A stretch of DNA of 63,947 nucleotides, filler included, from an uncultured bacterium (GTDB lineage Bacteria; CAYJRR01): NCBI GenBank assembly GCA_964372275.1. It is 4 parts of 4 records of this genome, joined end to end, with 100 filler letters (N's around TTAATTAATTAA, not from the genome) between each part and the next. Parts side by side here need not be neighbours in the genome. Positions count along the whole stretch, not along the records: positions 17,955 to 35,780 come from CAYJRR010000095.1; positions 35,881 to 53,566 come from CAYJRR010000096.1; 2 more parts are not named here. The stretch is one strand, 5' to 3'. Below are positions 27,059 through 36,690 of this stretch, one piece after another (positions within the stretch are counted from its first letter, which is position 1; each line of letters begins with the position of its first letter). Position numbers and translations under genes: made by a program. The notes below the pieces were generated by a model that was not told the origin of the DNA, searched no databases, and saw only the letters and a list, made by a program, of their open reading frames with translations.

Positions 27059-29112
27059 AAGTCGACAGCGAGGAGCTCCTCGAGCGCGGCGGGGGAGGTG
27101 ATCGGCGGGCTGCAGGTGCGGTCCCGGCAGACGTAGGCGGTCGCCTTCCCGTCGATCGCGACCTTGTCCGCCGCGATCGGCCCGCTGATGTGGGTGGCAA
27201 GGCCCGGCAGATAGAGGCGGCGGAGCGCCGCGAGCAGTTCGTCACGGCCCGGGCCGTCCCCTGCGATCACCACGTCGAGCGGATGGGCCTCGGTGTCGGC
27301 GGCGGCGATCATGGCGCCGAAGGCGAACGGTTGGCGGGCCATCGCCGTCCGGTGGCGCGCGAGCACCGACCGCGCCGACCGCTCGAGATCGTCGCGGCCG
27401 AGCAAGCGTGCGAGGAGCAGCCACGCCTCGGCGAGCACCGCGGACCCGGCGGGGAGCGACTGGTCGTGCAGCGAGCGCGGCCGGTGCACCAGCGATTCGG
27501 CATCGCGACCGGTGAGGAAGACCGTTCCGTCGTCGTCGAGAAAGAGCGTGCGCGCGCCGTCGGCCAGCTCCGCGGCGACCTCGAGCCACCGTCGATCGAG
27601 CGTCGCCTCCCACAGCCCGACGCAGGCCTCGGCGAGGTTCGCGTAGTCGTCGACCGTCCCCAGCAGCGGTTCGTGGTTCGGCGAAAGCGGAGCGCGCAAG
27701 AGCCTCCGCCCCTCGCGCCCGGGAAGCGCGAGCCAGGCTCCGGCGAGCACCGCCTCGGCCGCCGAGGCCGCCACCGAGGTCCACTCGTGCGATCCGAACG
27801 CCGCTCCGGCGCGGGCGAACGCGGAGACCGCGAGCGCGTTCCACGAGGTCAGGATCTTCTCGTCCCGGAACGGCCGCGGACGCCGCTCCCGCGCCTCGAA
27901 CAGCGTCGCGCGCGCCGACGCGAGCAGGCGCTGCGTCTCTTCCAGCGGACGGCCGATGCGCGCGGCGACGTCGGCCTCGCTCGCCGCGAGGAAGAGGACG
28001 TTCTTTCCGTCCTCCCAGTTCCCTTCGGTCCGGACGCCGTATCGCATCGCGGCCGCCGCCGACGCATCGTCCCCGATCGCCTCGCGGATCTCCGCCTCCC
28101 GCCAGGCGAAGAAGGCCCCCTCCTCCGCGTGTCCGTCCGGCGAGCCGGGCGGAACCGAGTCGGCGTCGGTCGAGGCGAAGAACGCCCCCGTGGGGGCCCG
28201 CATCTCGCGCGTCAGGTAGGTCAACAGTTCGTCGGCCACGTGGCGTGCCCAGGGGACCTTCGTCGCCTGCCACAGCCGAACGTAACCGCTGGCGAGCAGC
28301 GCGTTGTCGTACAGCATCTTCTCGAAATGGGGCACGTGCCAACGCGCATCGACCGAGTAGCGGTGGAATCCACCGCCGACCTGGTCGTAGAGGCCCCCCT
28401 CCGCCATCCGTCCGTAGGTGTAGAGGACGGCCGAGCGCGGCGACGACGACCGCGCGCGCGTCGACCAACGCAGCAGGACGTCGAGGGCCATGGTGTTCGG
28501 GAACTTCGGCGCTCCGCCGAAACCGCCGTGGTCCGGATCGACCCGGCGGAGAAGCCACTCGCCCGCGGCTCCGAGCGGATCGGTGATCACCAGGCCGCTG
28601 TCCGGCGGTGGCCGCTCGATCTCGTCGAGCGCCCGCGTCAGCTCCTCGGCGTTGGCGTCGACCTCGCCGCGCCGTTTCTCCCAGGCGTCGCGAACCCCGG
28701 CCAGCACGCGCGGGAAACCCGGCCGGCCGTAGCGATCGTCCGGGGGGAAGTAGGTCCCGCCGTAGAACGGGCGGCCATCCGGCCGGAGGAAGACCGTCAA
28801 CGGCCATCCTCCGGACACGCCGAGCGCCTGCACGGCGTGCTGGTAGATCTGGTCGAGGTCGGGCCGCTCCTCGCGATCGACCTTGATCGCGACGAAGCCG
28901 TCGTTGACCTGACGGGCGATCCCCTCGTTCTCGAACGACTCGTGCGCCATGACGTGGCACCAATGGCAGGCGGCGTATCCGATCGAGAGGAGGATCGGCT
29001 TGTCCTCGTCCCGTGCGCGCCGGAACGCGCGCTCGCCCCACTCCTCCCAATCGACCGGGTTGTCGGCGTGCTGCCGGAGGTAGGGGCTGGTCGCGTTCCG
29101 CAGGTGATTCAC
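27055..29112 (-). CDS. yyaL: Thioredoxin-domain protein YyaL/SSP411 (DUF255)
   Basis: [57 protein letters not shown]. Confidence 0.95.
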   Translation of the reverse strand: MNHLRNATSPYLRQHADNPVDWEEWGERAFRRARDEDKPILLSIGYAACHWCHVMAHESFENEGIARQVNDGFVAIKVDREERPDLDQIYQHAVQALGVSGGWPLTVFLRPDGRPFYGGTYFPPDDRYGRPGFPRVLAGVRDAWEKRRGEVDANAEELTRALDEIERPPPDSGLVITDPLGAAGEWLLRRVDPDHGGFGGAPKFPNTMALDVLLRWSTRARSSSPRSAVLYTYGRMAEGGLYDQVGGGFHRYSVDARWHVPHFEKMLYDNALLASGYVRLWQATKVPWARHVADELLTYLTREMRAPTGAFFASTDADSVPPGSPDGHAEEGAFFAWREAEIREAIGDDASAAAAMRYGVRTEGNWEDGKNVLFLAASEADVAARIGRPLEETQRLLASARATLFEARERRPRPFRDEKILTSWNALAVSAFARAGAAFGSHEWTSVAASAAEAVLAGAWLALPGREGRRLLRAPLSPNHEPLLGTVDDYANLAEACVGLWEATLDRRWLEVAAELADGARTLFLDDDGTVFLTGRDAESLVHRPRSLHDQSLPAGSAVLAEAWLLLARLLGRDDLERSARSVLARHRTAMARQPFAFGAMIAAADTEAHPLDVVIAGDGPGRDELLAALRRLYLPGLATHISGPIAADKVAIDGKATAYVCRDRTCSPPITSPAALEELLAVDF

Positions 29113-29155
29113 GCCGCGACGGTAGCACCAACGCGCGGCGCGGAAGGGCCGCGTG

Positions 29156-29737
29156 CTACAGCGGCGGAACGCCGGAGGTGCCGGTGGCGACCGGGCAGGT
29201 GTTCCGGTCGAAGCAGGCGCCGGAGGTGATCCACGCGGCGAGCAGCTTGTACTCGTCGTCCTGGATGTTGATCAACGTCCCCCCGGAGTGGGGAACGTCG
29301 TTTCCGGCGGTGTCCTTCGCCAGCGCCTTCATGATGAGCACGCTGATCCCCGGCGAGCCGACCACGACCTCGTACCCGTTCTTCTGCCGCTGGATCGTCC
29401 CACCCGAATTGATCAGCATCCGCCATACGTCGCGACCCTTCGGGGCGGTCGGCGCCGGCGTCGTTCCGGGCCGTGGCCCCAGGTAGAGCCCGCCGGTCGG
29501 CCCGGGGGCGGTGGGACTCGTCGGCGGGAAGCTGTGACAACCGGCGTTGAGGCAGTCACGGTCGGCGAAGACGTCCGACACGCCGCCTTCGAACGTCAGG
29601 TCGAACACCTTTTCGGTCTGCGTCGCCGACGGCTCGAGCAGCTTCAGGGTCGCCTCCCCGCAGGCGACCGCGGCCAGCGACGCCGCCCCCACCAAGCCGA
29701 CCAACAACCGAAGCTTTCGCCGCTGTTCCGCTCGCAC
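29156..29737 (-). CDS. Lipoprotein, planctomycete-cytochrome-c-like, atypical CX4CH motif
   Basis: Lipobox AVAC, CLNAGCH, C-terminal [10 protein letters not shown]. Paralog of the upstream gene. Start approximate. Confidence 0.72.
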   Translation of the reverse strand: MRAEQRRKLRLLVGLVGAASLAAVACGEATLKLLEPSATQTEKVFDLTFEGGVSDVFADRDCLNAGCHSFPPTSPTAPGPTGGLYLGPRPGTTPAPTAPKGRDVWRMLINSGGTIQRQKNGYEVVVGSPGISVLIMKALAKDTAGNDVPHSGGTLINIQDDEYKLLAAWITSGACFDRNTCPVATGTSGVPPL

Positions 29738-29800
29738 GAAAGAGCCCCCCGAACCCGACAATGATACCACGGGCCCGGACGCCGAGCGCGAGCGGGCGGT

Positions 29801-30304
29801 CTACTGCGGCGGAACGGTTCCGTCGGCGGCCGGGCAGTCTCCCGGGACGAAACACGCCCCTTCGACGATCCACGAAGCGAGCAGGTCGTAGTCCCTGTCC
29901 TGTCTGCTTCCGAAGGGTTTGAACGTGGCGTGGCTCGGGCTTTCGCCCTCGAGGGTGTATTCCAGCACCAGGCTTTCGTCGGGATCTCCGGGGACGACGT
30001 CGCGACGCTCGGTGTTCCGCTGCTCGCGCCCCCCCTCCTCCAACAGGCGACGCCAGATCTCCCGGGCCGCGAGAGCGGGGTCCAGGTCGGTGCCGTCACC
30101 GAGGTACAGTTCGTTCTGCGGCGTGGCGGTTCCGTGGCAGCCCGTGCACTGGCCGAGCACCGGAATCACGTCCGCCTCGAACGCGATCGGCTCGGTCCGG
30201 ACCGCGACCTCCTCGGGCGTGATCAGCTCGAACGACGCTTCGCCGCACCCCGCGGCGAGAGCGAGCGCCAACGAAGCCCCCCACATCGTGACCGGTCGGT
30301 CCAT
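29801..30304 (-). CDS. Lipoprotein, planctomycete-cytochrome-c-like, CxxCH motif
   Basis: Lipobox AAGC, FEADVIPVL..CTGCH, VVPGDPDES, LLASWIVEGA. Confidence 0.8.
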   Translation of the reverse strand: MDRPVTMWGASLALALAAGCGEASFELITPEEVAVRTEPIAFEADVIPVLGQCTGCHGTATPQNELYLGDGTDLDPALAAREIWRRLLEEGGREQRNTERRDVVPGDPDESLVLEYTLEGESPSHATFKPFGSRQDRDYDLLASWIVEGACFVPGDCPAADGTVPPQ

Positions 30305-30362
30305 GACCCCCTCGGATCTGGAGCGCCCTTCCCCCGCAGGACGCGAGGCGCCCCGGATGCGC

Positions 30363-30392
30363 CGAAGGCCGCGGATGCCGCCGCGGCCTTCG
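30363..30392. terminator. Perfect 12-bp hairpin downstream of the DUF1501-like gene (terminator or mRNA stabiliser)
   Basis: CGAAGGCCGCGG-ATGCCG-CCGCGGCCTTCG. No U-tract. Confidence 0.5.
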
Positions 30393-30417
30393 CGCGTGGT
30401 GCGTCTGCCGGCTGCCG

Positions 30418-31875
30418 TCAGCCCTTCAGCAGCTCCACGATGCTGCCCATCGTCCCCGTCTCGGAGCTCGCCGGGATCCCCAGCAGACGGGCCGTCGTAC
30501 GCCACATCATCGCTTCGCTCACGTTCGGACCGGTGGAGAGGGTGTTCAGGCTGGTCGGATCGAACCCCTTGGTCTCTCCGTCCTTGGTGATGTTCCCGAA
30601 GCTGCCGTTCTTCACCATCTTCCCCATGTAGACGAACGCCTGCGTGCCGCCGTCGCCGTTGTCGTTCCCGGCGCCACCGCCATTGCGATTCGCGGTGCGG
30701 GTGAACTCCGAGGTGAGGCTCACCAGCAGGCCGTCGGCGACCGTCTTGCTCTGGTCGTCCGGATCGGGGAGCGCCGCCGCGGCGCGCCACAGGCCGGCGA
30801 GCGCATTGCCGACCGACCGGTTCCAACGGCCCTGCTTGCTGTTCGGATCGTCGAGCGCCGGGATGTCGCCGTGCCAGTCGCCCGAGTCCATCGAGATGGT
30901 AAAGGTGCTCGCCAGCCCGCGCGAGAAGGCCGCCGCCGCGTAGGCCAGCCCTTGTCCGACCGGAACGCCGCCCAGGTTGTTCGTGGCATCGGTGAAGTTC
31001 GCCGACGCCGCCGTGAACCCGGCCTGCAGGTTGGCCAGCGCCGAGATCTGCGCCTGGCCGCGTCCCTGCAGCGAGACGGTCGCGACCTCGTTCGCCCCCT
31101 GCACCGCCTTGGCGATGAACAGGTCGTCCATGCGGCCGATCGATCCCTTCTGGCCGTTCACCACGCCGCCGTTTTCGATCGTCCCGGTGATCACCTTGAG
31201 CTCGTCGAAGGTGAAGTACATCGGCAGGTCGCGGAAGAGCCCTTCGAACTGCGTCCCATTCTGGACCCGGGAGAGGGCCGGGAAGTTGGCCCGGGCGTTG
31301 GTGGTCGCGGCGCCGTTGTTCCACTCGATGGCCTGCACCGGTCGAGCCGGGGCGAACTGCGAGTGAAGGACCGCCGGACAGGCCATGCCGTTGTTGGGAG
31401 AGCGGATCGCGAAGTTGCCGGTGTGCTGTCCGTCTTGCAGATCGACCGTCTCGGAGGTGGCGACGTTCACCGCCGACAGGGCCGGATTGGTGGCCAGCTC
31501 GTTGCGGAGGCGGTCGGCGCCGTCACCGGCGGTGTACTGCGCGAAGTAGACGCGACGGCCGTCCCGCTCGAGCGGCATCACCCGGTTCTGCGAGGAGTAG
31601 AAGTTGAGCGCCTGCCCGCGTCCGGCGTCCATGTGACCGGCGGACGGGAAGAGGCAGTTGAACTGGAGGCCCGCCCGGAAGAGGATCTCGACGAAGAACT
31701 TCGCGCGGACGGTGTCCGCCGCCAGCGCTTCGGCGCCCCAGTTCCGTTTCGCCTTCTTGACGATCTTCTCCATCAAGCCGGCTTGGACCGCGCTCGACAG
31801 CCCCAGCCCGGAGACGAGCAGACCGGCGCGCGAGACGAAGTTACGACGGGTGAGCGGAGTCGCGTTCAAGGCCAT
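30418..31875 (-). CDS. Tat-exported DUF1501-like protein
   Basis: TRRNFV twin-arginine signal, GDWH, TSEFTRT..N.GDGG...MG.MVK.GSFG. Confidence 0.75.
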   Translation of the reverse strand: MALNATPLTRRNFVSRAGLLVSGLGLSSAVQAGLMEKIVKKAKRNWGAEALAADTVRAKFFVEILFRAGLQFNCLFPSAGHMDAGRGQALNFYSSQNRVMPLERDGRRVYFAQYTAGDGADRLRNELATNPALSAVNVATSETVDLQDGQHTGNFAIRSPNNGMACPAVLHSQFAPARPVQAIEWNNGAATTNARANFPALSRVQNGTQFEGLFRDLPMYFTFDELKVITGTIENGGVVNGQKGSIGRMDDLFIAKAVQGANEVATVSLQGRGQAQISALANLQAGFTAASANFTDATNNLGGVPVGQGLAYAAAAFSRGLASTFTISMDSGDWHGDIPALDDPNSKQGRWNRSVGNALAGLWRAAAALPDPDDQSKTVADGLLVSLTSEFTRTANRNGGGAGNDNGDGGTQAFVYMGKMVKNGSFGNITKDGETKGFDPTSLNTLSTGPNVSEAMMWRTTARLLGIPASSETGTMGSIVELLKG

Positions 31876-31909
31876 GTGATCCTCGCCCTTTCCAGGTTTC
31901 GTTTCGCGA

Positions 31910-32536
31910 TCAGTTGGCGGTCAGGAACTCGAGGGAGCCGAGCACCGTCGAGCAGACGGCCGCCCCTTTCTTCTTCTCGTCGCCGAACGAAGCGGCCACG
32001 GTGTCGAGCTCCGCGATCTCGTCCGCCGTCGGGGCGCGGCCGATCAGCGTCAGATAGAGGTGCTGGTAGCTGCCGACCCCTTGCGGGAACAGCGCCGCGC
32101 CGCTGGCGACGTCCATCATCCGTCCGCAGGCCGAGGTCGAAGCGAGGATCCACACCTTGAATCCTCCGGAGGTGAGGGTACCGGGCGCCTGGGTGGCGTT
32201 CGGATCCTCCTGATTATAGATCGGCGCCCCGAGCGAGTTCTTGTTCGCGTCGAGGAAGGAGATCGGGTGCGACTTGGGGCAAGCCGCCGTGCTGGCGCAG
32301 TTCCCGTCGAGAGGCCCCTCGGTCACCCCCATCGTGTCGGCGAGGGTCGACCGGAGGACTTCGTAGGAGACGGTGCGGTAGTTCGACTGGTCGCCGAAAC
32401 CTTCGAGGACGTTGCCGCCGCCGAACGGGCTGGCCACGTGCGGCTCGGCGTTCGGGGTGTACTCCTGGCCGCAACCGACGAGGGCCCCCAGGGCCAGGAT
32501 CGCCGACGCCGTCTTCACCGCCTTGAACCCGTTCAT
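31910..32536 (-). CDS. Hypothetical lipoprotein with a DUF1553/DUF1595-like helical motif
   Basis: Lipobox LVGC, LYLTLIGRAPTADE, AAVCSTVLGSLEFL. GGAGG RBS. Confidence 0.8.
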   Translation of the reverse strand: MNGFKAVKTASAILALGALVGCGQEYTPNAEPHVASPFGGGNVLEGFGDQSNYRTVSYEVLRSTLADTMGVTEGPLDGNCASTAACPKSHPISFLDANKNSLGAPIYNQEDPNATQAPGTLTSGGFKVWILASTSACGRMMDVASGAALFPQGVGSYQHLYLTLIGRAPTADEIAELDTVAASFGDEKKKGAAVCSTVLGSLEFLTAN

Positions 32537-32986
32537 GAAGTCCTCCAGGTGCGGAAATGCGAACCGACGGGACGATCTTGAGCAAAGGGGGGGCCAACTG
32601 TGAGCCCCCGCACACCAACTCCAATAACAAGGAAAGTCAGCATCTTACGTCTGATCAAGGACATGTTGACTGAGGCGTCGACCACGCTCCTGGGGGCTTT
32701 GCCCCCCAGGGAGAACCGTTTCCCGTCGAAATGAGGGGTGAACTGTCACCAGGGGGTACGATTGGGGGTCTGTCATGGAACGCGTCCGCGATGGCGGTCG
32801 CGACCTATGGCGGCGGCGCCGGCCGTCGGATGGCCGTACCGACGAAACGGTTGGGTGGTGGGGTCGCCCACCGCAGTGGCCACGGAAACGGGAACGGCCG
32901 CCACCGCGGCCAGGGACGCGTTGTCCGTCGTGCGAGCGCGATGAGGTCCGCGCTGGCGGAGGCGTCCCGTCGGGATCGACCCGAAT

Positions 32987-34336
32987 CTAGTTCTGCTGGC
33001 TGGAGAGGAACTCCTCGCCCTTGAACACCGCGCGCAGCAGCGCCAGCGAGTTCCAGTCGGAGACTTCGTAGACCTGCTTGTACTTGGACAGGATCGACGA
33101 GGCGACGGTCGACGGCGTCGTCCCGCCGGCGGCTTGCAGGCCCAGGACCCCCTGGCTCTTGCCGAGGACGAAGTTGTAGTGGCGCGTCGCCATGCACTCG
33201 TAGAACCGCTCGCCCGACACGGTTCGATTCATGATCGCGGCGCCGAAGTCCTTGAGCGTCGCCATCTCGAGACCGAGATAGTTCGCCGGCGGCTTTCCGC
33301 CGTTCACGCAGTCGGCGGCGTTCGGATCCATGTCGTCGTTCGCGTCGCCGTCGGCGCCGTCGGTGTCTCCGAGAACGCCGCAGTAGTCCTGGTTTCCGTT
33401 GACGTCGGGGGACTCGACCATCTTCCCCTCGTTCCCGTCGCCCGGATTGTTCGCAATCGTGCGGGTCGCATCATAGACGCCATCGACGTCGTACGGGGTG
33501 AAGACCGGCCGACGCGCGTTCAGCGACGAGTGGCACATGCTGCACTCGGCCCCCGAATCGCCGGGAAGTTTCGTCTGGTACTTCTTCGCGAGCCGCGGCG
33601 GCGACGCCGGATCGTCTGCGTAGGGAACCAGCGAAGGGTCGGGGACGTTGTTCAGGTCGGGATTGGGCGGCCACAGCGTCTGCGCGACGTTGGTGCGGAC
33701 GAGTGACGGATTGGTGTCCTTTCCGTCGGGGTAGATGCCGCACGCGAACAGCTGGTGCACGACGCTGACGCGCCGCATGTTCACCGTGTCGGCCTGGCCG
33801 AACTTGGCGAGGAAGCCTTTCTGGCCGATGACCCCCGCGCGCTGTCCGTCGGGGGCGCCGTCCACGCAGGTCGCCTGGTTCATCGCGCCGTCGACGCAGT
33901 ACTCCGCCGAGAGGATCTCGGTGACCGGGCGCTCGTTGACCACCAGGTACGTCGCGAGGTTTACCGGCGCGTCGTAGTCGATCCCGTTCACCGTGCCGGC
34001 CATCAGGAAGATCGAGCTGTAGAACGCCTTCAGCTGCGGAACGAGGTCGGGGTTCTGTGTCCGGTCGAGGTAGCGATCGACGATCGCGTCGTACGCCGTC
34101 TGACCGTTTTCGGTCACGTTCGCCGTGTCGGCGGCCGTCGGCAACCGGCCTCGCAGCCGTAGGCTCGCCACGCGCAACGCCGACGCGTAGGTCTCGTTGC
34201 TGAACTGCGGGGTCGGTGACGGCGTCGGAGTGGCGTTCGGCTTCTCGACCGAGGTGTCGAGCACCTTGCAGCCGCTCGCGGCGAGGACGGCACCGGCGAG
34301 CAGTGCGGCGAAACGGGTCGAACCGAGGCGATTCAA
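32987..34336 (-). CDS. Cys-rich lipoprotein with a CxxCH heme motif (DUF1549/1588/1585-like)
   Basis: AGGAGG RBS plus TTG start, lipobox ASGC, LRLRGRLPT, CSMCH, ERFYECMATRHYNFVLG. Confidence 0.8.
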   Translation of the reverse strand: MNRLGSTRFAALLAGAVLAASGCKVLDTSVEKPNATPTPSPTPQFSNETYASALRVASLRLRGRLPTAADTANVTENGQTAYDAIVDRYLDRTQNPDLVPQLKAFYSSIFLMAGTVNGIDYDAPVNLATYLVVNERPVTEILSAEYCVDGAMNQATCVDGAPDGQRAGVIGQKGFLAKFGQADTVNMRRVSVVHQLFACGIYPDGKDTNPSLVRTNVAQTLWPPNPDLNNVPDPSLVPYADDPASPPRLAKKYQTKLPGDSGAECSMCHSSLNARRPVFTPYDVDGVYDATRTIANNPGDGNEGKMVESPDVNGNQDYCGVLGDTDGADGDANDDMDPNAADCVNGGKPPANYLGLEMATLKDFGAAIMNRTVSGERFYECMATRHYNFVLGKSQGVLGLQAAGGTTPSTVASSILSKYKQVYEVSDWNSLALLRAVFKGEEFLSSQQN

Positions 34337-34669
34337 GACGCTCCTCCTTTGGGCGAGCCGACGGTCGCTCGCACGAAACCACGGGACGTACCAGCAAGCC
34401 GGGTGCCACCACCGCGCTCGGTCGCCCTCGGCGGGCGCGCCTTATCCTCCCAATGATAAAGGAGTTTTCGAGGACCCTCCAGACGGCGCCAACGCTCTCC
34501 ATCGGATCGATGGGGCTCGCAGACCCCAGGAAACGACACGCGAGGACGCGGCCAGGAGTCGCCGCCCCCCACCGGGCGATTCCCGGGAATCCATGCGCGT
34601 TTGCGCCTCGTATCGAAGGTCGAGGGCCGTTTGACTTCGGAACCGTTCCAGCCGATCGTCGCCATCCCG

Positions 34670-35230
34670 ATGCAGCCGGCCGGCTCCCCCGACGACGATC
34701 TTGCCCTCGTGCGGGCGGCGGCCGCCGGGGATCCTTCCTCGATCGGGCGCCTCTACGACCGGCATGCGCCGACACTCCTGGCGCTGGCGTACCGGATCCT
34801 CGGCAGCCGCGACGAGGCGGAGGAGGTGGTCCAGGACGCCTTCGTCCGCCTGTGGCAGGAGGCCGAACGCTACGATCCGGCGCGCGCCGCCTTCCGTTCG
34901 TGGCTCTGCACCATCGCGCGCAACCGCGCCCTGGACCTCGTGCGCCGACGCGCGTCGGCCGCGCGGGTGGCGGCCGGCGCCGAACCCCCGCCGCCGGGAC
35001 CGGCCCCCGACGAGACGGCCGCCGCCGGCGAATCGTCGTCGCGGGTGCGGGCGGCGCTCGCCGCGCTTCCCGAGGCCCAGCGTCGCGCGCTGGAACTCGC
35101 CTACTACGAGGGGCTCACCCACGTGGAGATCGCCGATCGCACGAAATCGCCGCTGGGTACGGTGAAGACCCGCATCCTCGACGGGATGCGCAGTCTGCGG
35201 AAGACGCTGGAAGGAGTCGCGAGGCCATGA
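34670..35230 (+). CDS. ECF RNA polymerase sigma factor (SigK-like)
   Basis: LYDRH, AEEVVQDAFV.LW, WL.TIARNRALD, LAYYEGLT..EIA...PLGTVKTRI. Confidence 0.93.
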   Translation: MQPAGSPDDDLALVRAAAAGDPSSIGRLYDRHAPTLLALAYRILGSRDEAEEVVQDAFVRLWQEAERYDPARAAFRSWLCTIARNRALDLVRRRASAARVAAGAEPPPPGPAPDETAAAGESSSRVRAALAALPEAQRRALELAYYEGLTHVEIADRTKSPLGTVKTRILDGMRSLRKTLEGVARP

Positions 35231-35780
35231 CCGCCCAGGACCACACCGCCATCCGCGAGCTCCTGCCGCTGTTCGCGCTCGGCACCCTGTCCGGAGCCGA
35301 GGACGGCGAGCGGGTCTGCCGGCACCTCGCCAGCGGTTGCTCCGCGTGCGCGGCCGAGCTGGCGTCGTTCGCGGAGACGGCATCGCTCCTCCCCGAGGCG
35401 CTTCCGCCGATGGCGCTCCGACCCGACGCGAAGGCGGCGCTGGCCGCTCGCATCGCGTCGACGCCGCGTTCCGAATCGGTCGTCGTCCCGCTCGCGCCGC
35501 GGGCCGCGGCGAGCCCCGCCCGCCGCGTCTCGCCGGAACGTCGGCGGCTTCTGCTCGTCGCCGCCCTCGCGGCGGTGGCGGTCGTGGCGGTGGTCGACCA
35601 GCGGGGCCGGCGCGTGGCGACCGAGGAGCGGCTGGCCGACGCGAGCCGGCGCGCGCGCGAAGCGGAGGCGGAGCTCGGCGAAACGCGCGCGCGGGCGGCC
35701 CGGATGGAACGGGAGATGGCGCACGGGCACGAGGCGTTCGCCGCGTTGGCGGGACCGGAGGCGAAGGTCTTCCCGCTGAC
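35227..35780 (+). CDS. Anti-sigma factor (RskA/ZAS-like), 3' truncated
   Basis: ATGA overlap with the sigma gene. ELLPLFALGTL..HLASGCSAC, one TM, then coiled coil. Confidence 0.85.
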
Positions 35781-35880
35781 NNNNNNNNNNNNNNNNNNNN
35801 NNNNNNNNNNNNNNNNNNNNNNNNTTAATTAATTAANNNNNNNNNNNNNNNNNNNNNNNNNNNNNNNNNNNNNNNNNNNN
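35781..35880. other. Artificial contig linker
   Basis: N44-TTAATTAATTAA-N44. Confidence 0.98.
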
Positions 35881-36690
35881 CGGGAAGCTCATCAGCACCT
35901 TCCCCCCCACCAGCACGTTCCGTGCGCGCGGCCCCGCGCGGTAGTAGCCGCCGCCGATCCCCATCACCGGGTCGAACAGGGAGATGGAGAGCCCCGAGAG
36001 ATTGGTGTTGGCCTCCCCCCACTGCTCCGTCCAGTCGAAGGAGAAGTGCTGGCCGGGGTACATCGTCATGTCGAAGAAGGTGTGGGTGATGCTGTCGCCG
36101 CGGAGCCTCCGGTCGAGCTCGCGCGCGAAGGAGATGCTGCGGTGGCTGCGCGCGCGCCCGGCAAGCCAGGGGTCGAAGTTGTCGGCGACGACGATCGTCC
36201 CGTTGCGGAGGTCGACCATCCGCAGCGAGACGCCGTCGGCCGTCTCGTCGAGCCAGATCGCGGTGCGCGCCGGCGGGGCGCCCCCGCGGACGCGCTCGTC
36301 GAGAGCCACGATCTCGTCGACCGCGAGGTCGGTGGCGAGTTGTTCGATCCGGTCCTCCTCGACGTAGGTCCGGGGAAGCATGCAGGCCTCGCAGGCGCGA
36401 AGGACCGACGACCCGAAGACGCGCGCCAGCGTCGCCACCGCGGCGTTCGGGTACCAGCTCTTCGACTCCTCGAAGGCGGGGCGGACGCTGACCACGATCG
36501 CCGGAACGAGCTCCTTGGCGCTCAGGCCCCCGTCCTCGACCCGCATCTCGAGCACCTCCTCCAGCCGCGACAGCGCGTCGCGCGTCGTCTCGCGCTGCGC
36601 GAGGGCCACGGCGGGCGCGACCGACGACAGCAGACCGAGCGCCAGCGCGGCGTGCGCCGCGATCCCTGGACGGGTACGGCTCAGAAGCAA
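35881..36690 (-). CDS. Hypothetical exported protein (CxxC, beta-rich C-terminus), 3' truncated
   Basis: GGAGG plus TTG overlapping the upstream stop, signal peptide ending ALA-Q, CEAC, amphipathic strands. Confidence 0.75.

Noticed and set aside
32731-33024. Short ORFs in the gap of the DUF1501-like cluster
   Set aside because: Low-complexity translations with no recognisable motif, on the strand opposite the cluster.
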